DNA of 64,000 nucleotides from a virus: IMG/VR virus record IMGVR_UViG_3300020201_000009, positions 32,001 to 96,000 of that record; one strand, 5' to 3'. Shown piece by piece: positions 63,290 to 64,000 of this stretch (position 1 is its first letter; each line of letters starts with the position of its first letter). The notes under the pieces were generated by a model. It saw only the letters and a program-made list of their open reading frames with translations, ran no database searches and was not told where the DNA came from. The position numbers and the translations under genes were made by a program.

Positions 63290-64000
63290 ATGATTCCCGT
63301 AAGTCTTTTTTATATATTCGCCATAATTCCCTTTTTACTAGGAGGCTATTTTTGGTATCGCGGGAAACAAGTCGTTATCGTCGAATGGTTAATCGGCTCG
63401 GCAGTCGGATTTATATTGGCTGGAATTTTTCATTTTTTCGCCATTCGCGGGCAAACTGACGATAAAGAGGTCTGGTCGGGTCAAATTACCTATGCGAAAC
63501 AGTTTTCCGCGTGGACAGAATACTATGAAGAGGCGATTTATAGAACCGAATATAAGAATGTAAGGAGCTATGTCGCAGGAACCAAAGGTCGGGACGGCCA
63601 TTATGCGACGACAAGAGTAGCCTATCAAGTTTTTTCGCATTGGGCTCCAAGACAAAGAGACCATAAAGCTAAATGGGAAATGTATTCTAACATTGATACT
63701 TCTTATATCATTTCTTTAATCAAGTATCAGGATATTTCCCGTAAATTTGGTCAGACAAAGCCCATAAAGGGAGACAGAACAACGTCAGCACACGACTCAA
63801 AAATGATTGGAGGAGATCCAAACGATTATATTACGGTGAACGGCGATAGTTGGGTGGAGCCAATAACGAAAAATGTCCATTTTGCAAATCGGATGAAAGC
63901 TACGCCCTCTGTCTTTTCGTTTCCTAGCGTACCCGAAAAAATGGCAGTATTCCCCTACCCTTACTGCCCTGACGAATTCTCTTCGAATCGGTTGTTGGGT
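63290..64000 (+). CDS. Membrane protein (partial, runs off the window)
   Basis: Not in the ORF track. Manual translation MIPVSLFYIFAIIPFLLGGYFWYRGKQVVIVEWLIGSAVGFILAGIFHFFAIRGQTDDKEVWSGQIT... shows two transmembrane helices and then a soluble domain. Confidence 0.75.
   Translation, partial: MIPVSLFYIFAIIPFLLGGYFWYRGKQVVIVEWLIGSAVGFILAGIFHFFAIRGQTDDKEVWSGQITYAKQFSAWTEYYEEAIYRTEYKNVRSYVAGTKGRDGHYATTRVAYQVFSHWAPRQRDHKAKWEMYSNIDTSYIISLIKYQDISRKFGQTKPIKGDRTTSAHDSKMIGGDPNDYITVNGDSWVEPITKNVHFANRMKATPSVFSFPSVPEKMAVFPYPYCPDEFSSNRLLG

Noticed and set aside
63265-63459. 64-aa ORF from the track
   Set aside because: It overlaps a better, longer frame starting at ATG 63290 that runs off the window.
1-64000. 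Alternative genetic code (stop-codon reassignment)
   Set aside because: Coding density is high under code 11, core genes are intact, and TAG/TGA act as ordinary stops, including ATGA overlaps.

Overview
A 64-kb segment of a large, AT-rich, standard-code tailed dsDNA phage (Caudoviricetes; host probably a Gram-negative bacterium, inferred from LPS-type sugar genes and sigma70-like TTGACT promoters). Genes diverge from a 1.3-kb non-coding hub at about 20.1-21.5 kb. The left arm (minus strand) holds the tail and neck genes (tape measure running off the window, two tail-tube paralogs), a recombinase-like protein, a giant fused glycosyltransferase, an SSB-like protein and a sigma factor. The right arm (plus strand) holds about ten glycosyltransferases with nucleotide-sugar enzymes (ColD-like, Gmd, HldD), a class Id-type RNR, ThyX, RecA, DnaB, primase, a three-gene PHP/exonuclease/DnaE polymerase, ClpP and an RNA-repair/anti-defence block. 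Most notable: (1) a ~608-nt, highly base-paired non-coding RNA candidate (20750-21357, minus) with its own promoter, pointing into a ~270-bp nested palindrome at the strand switch; (2) an R-(P)TS-ExE ADP-ribosyltransferase domain embedded between GF/YxPNF repeats inside the tape measure protein; (3) a tnpB-only IS200/IS605 element whose ends, TAM (TTCAT) and empty site can be reconstructed from the sequence. All calls come from manual motif reading; no database searches were run.
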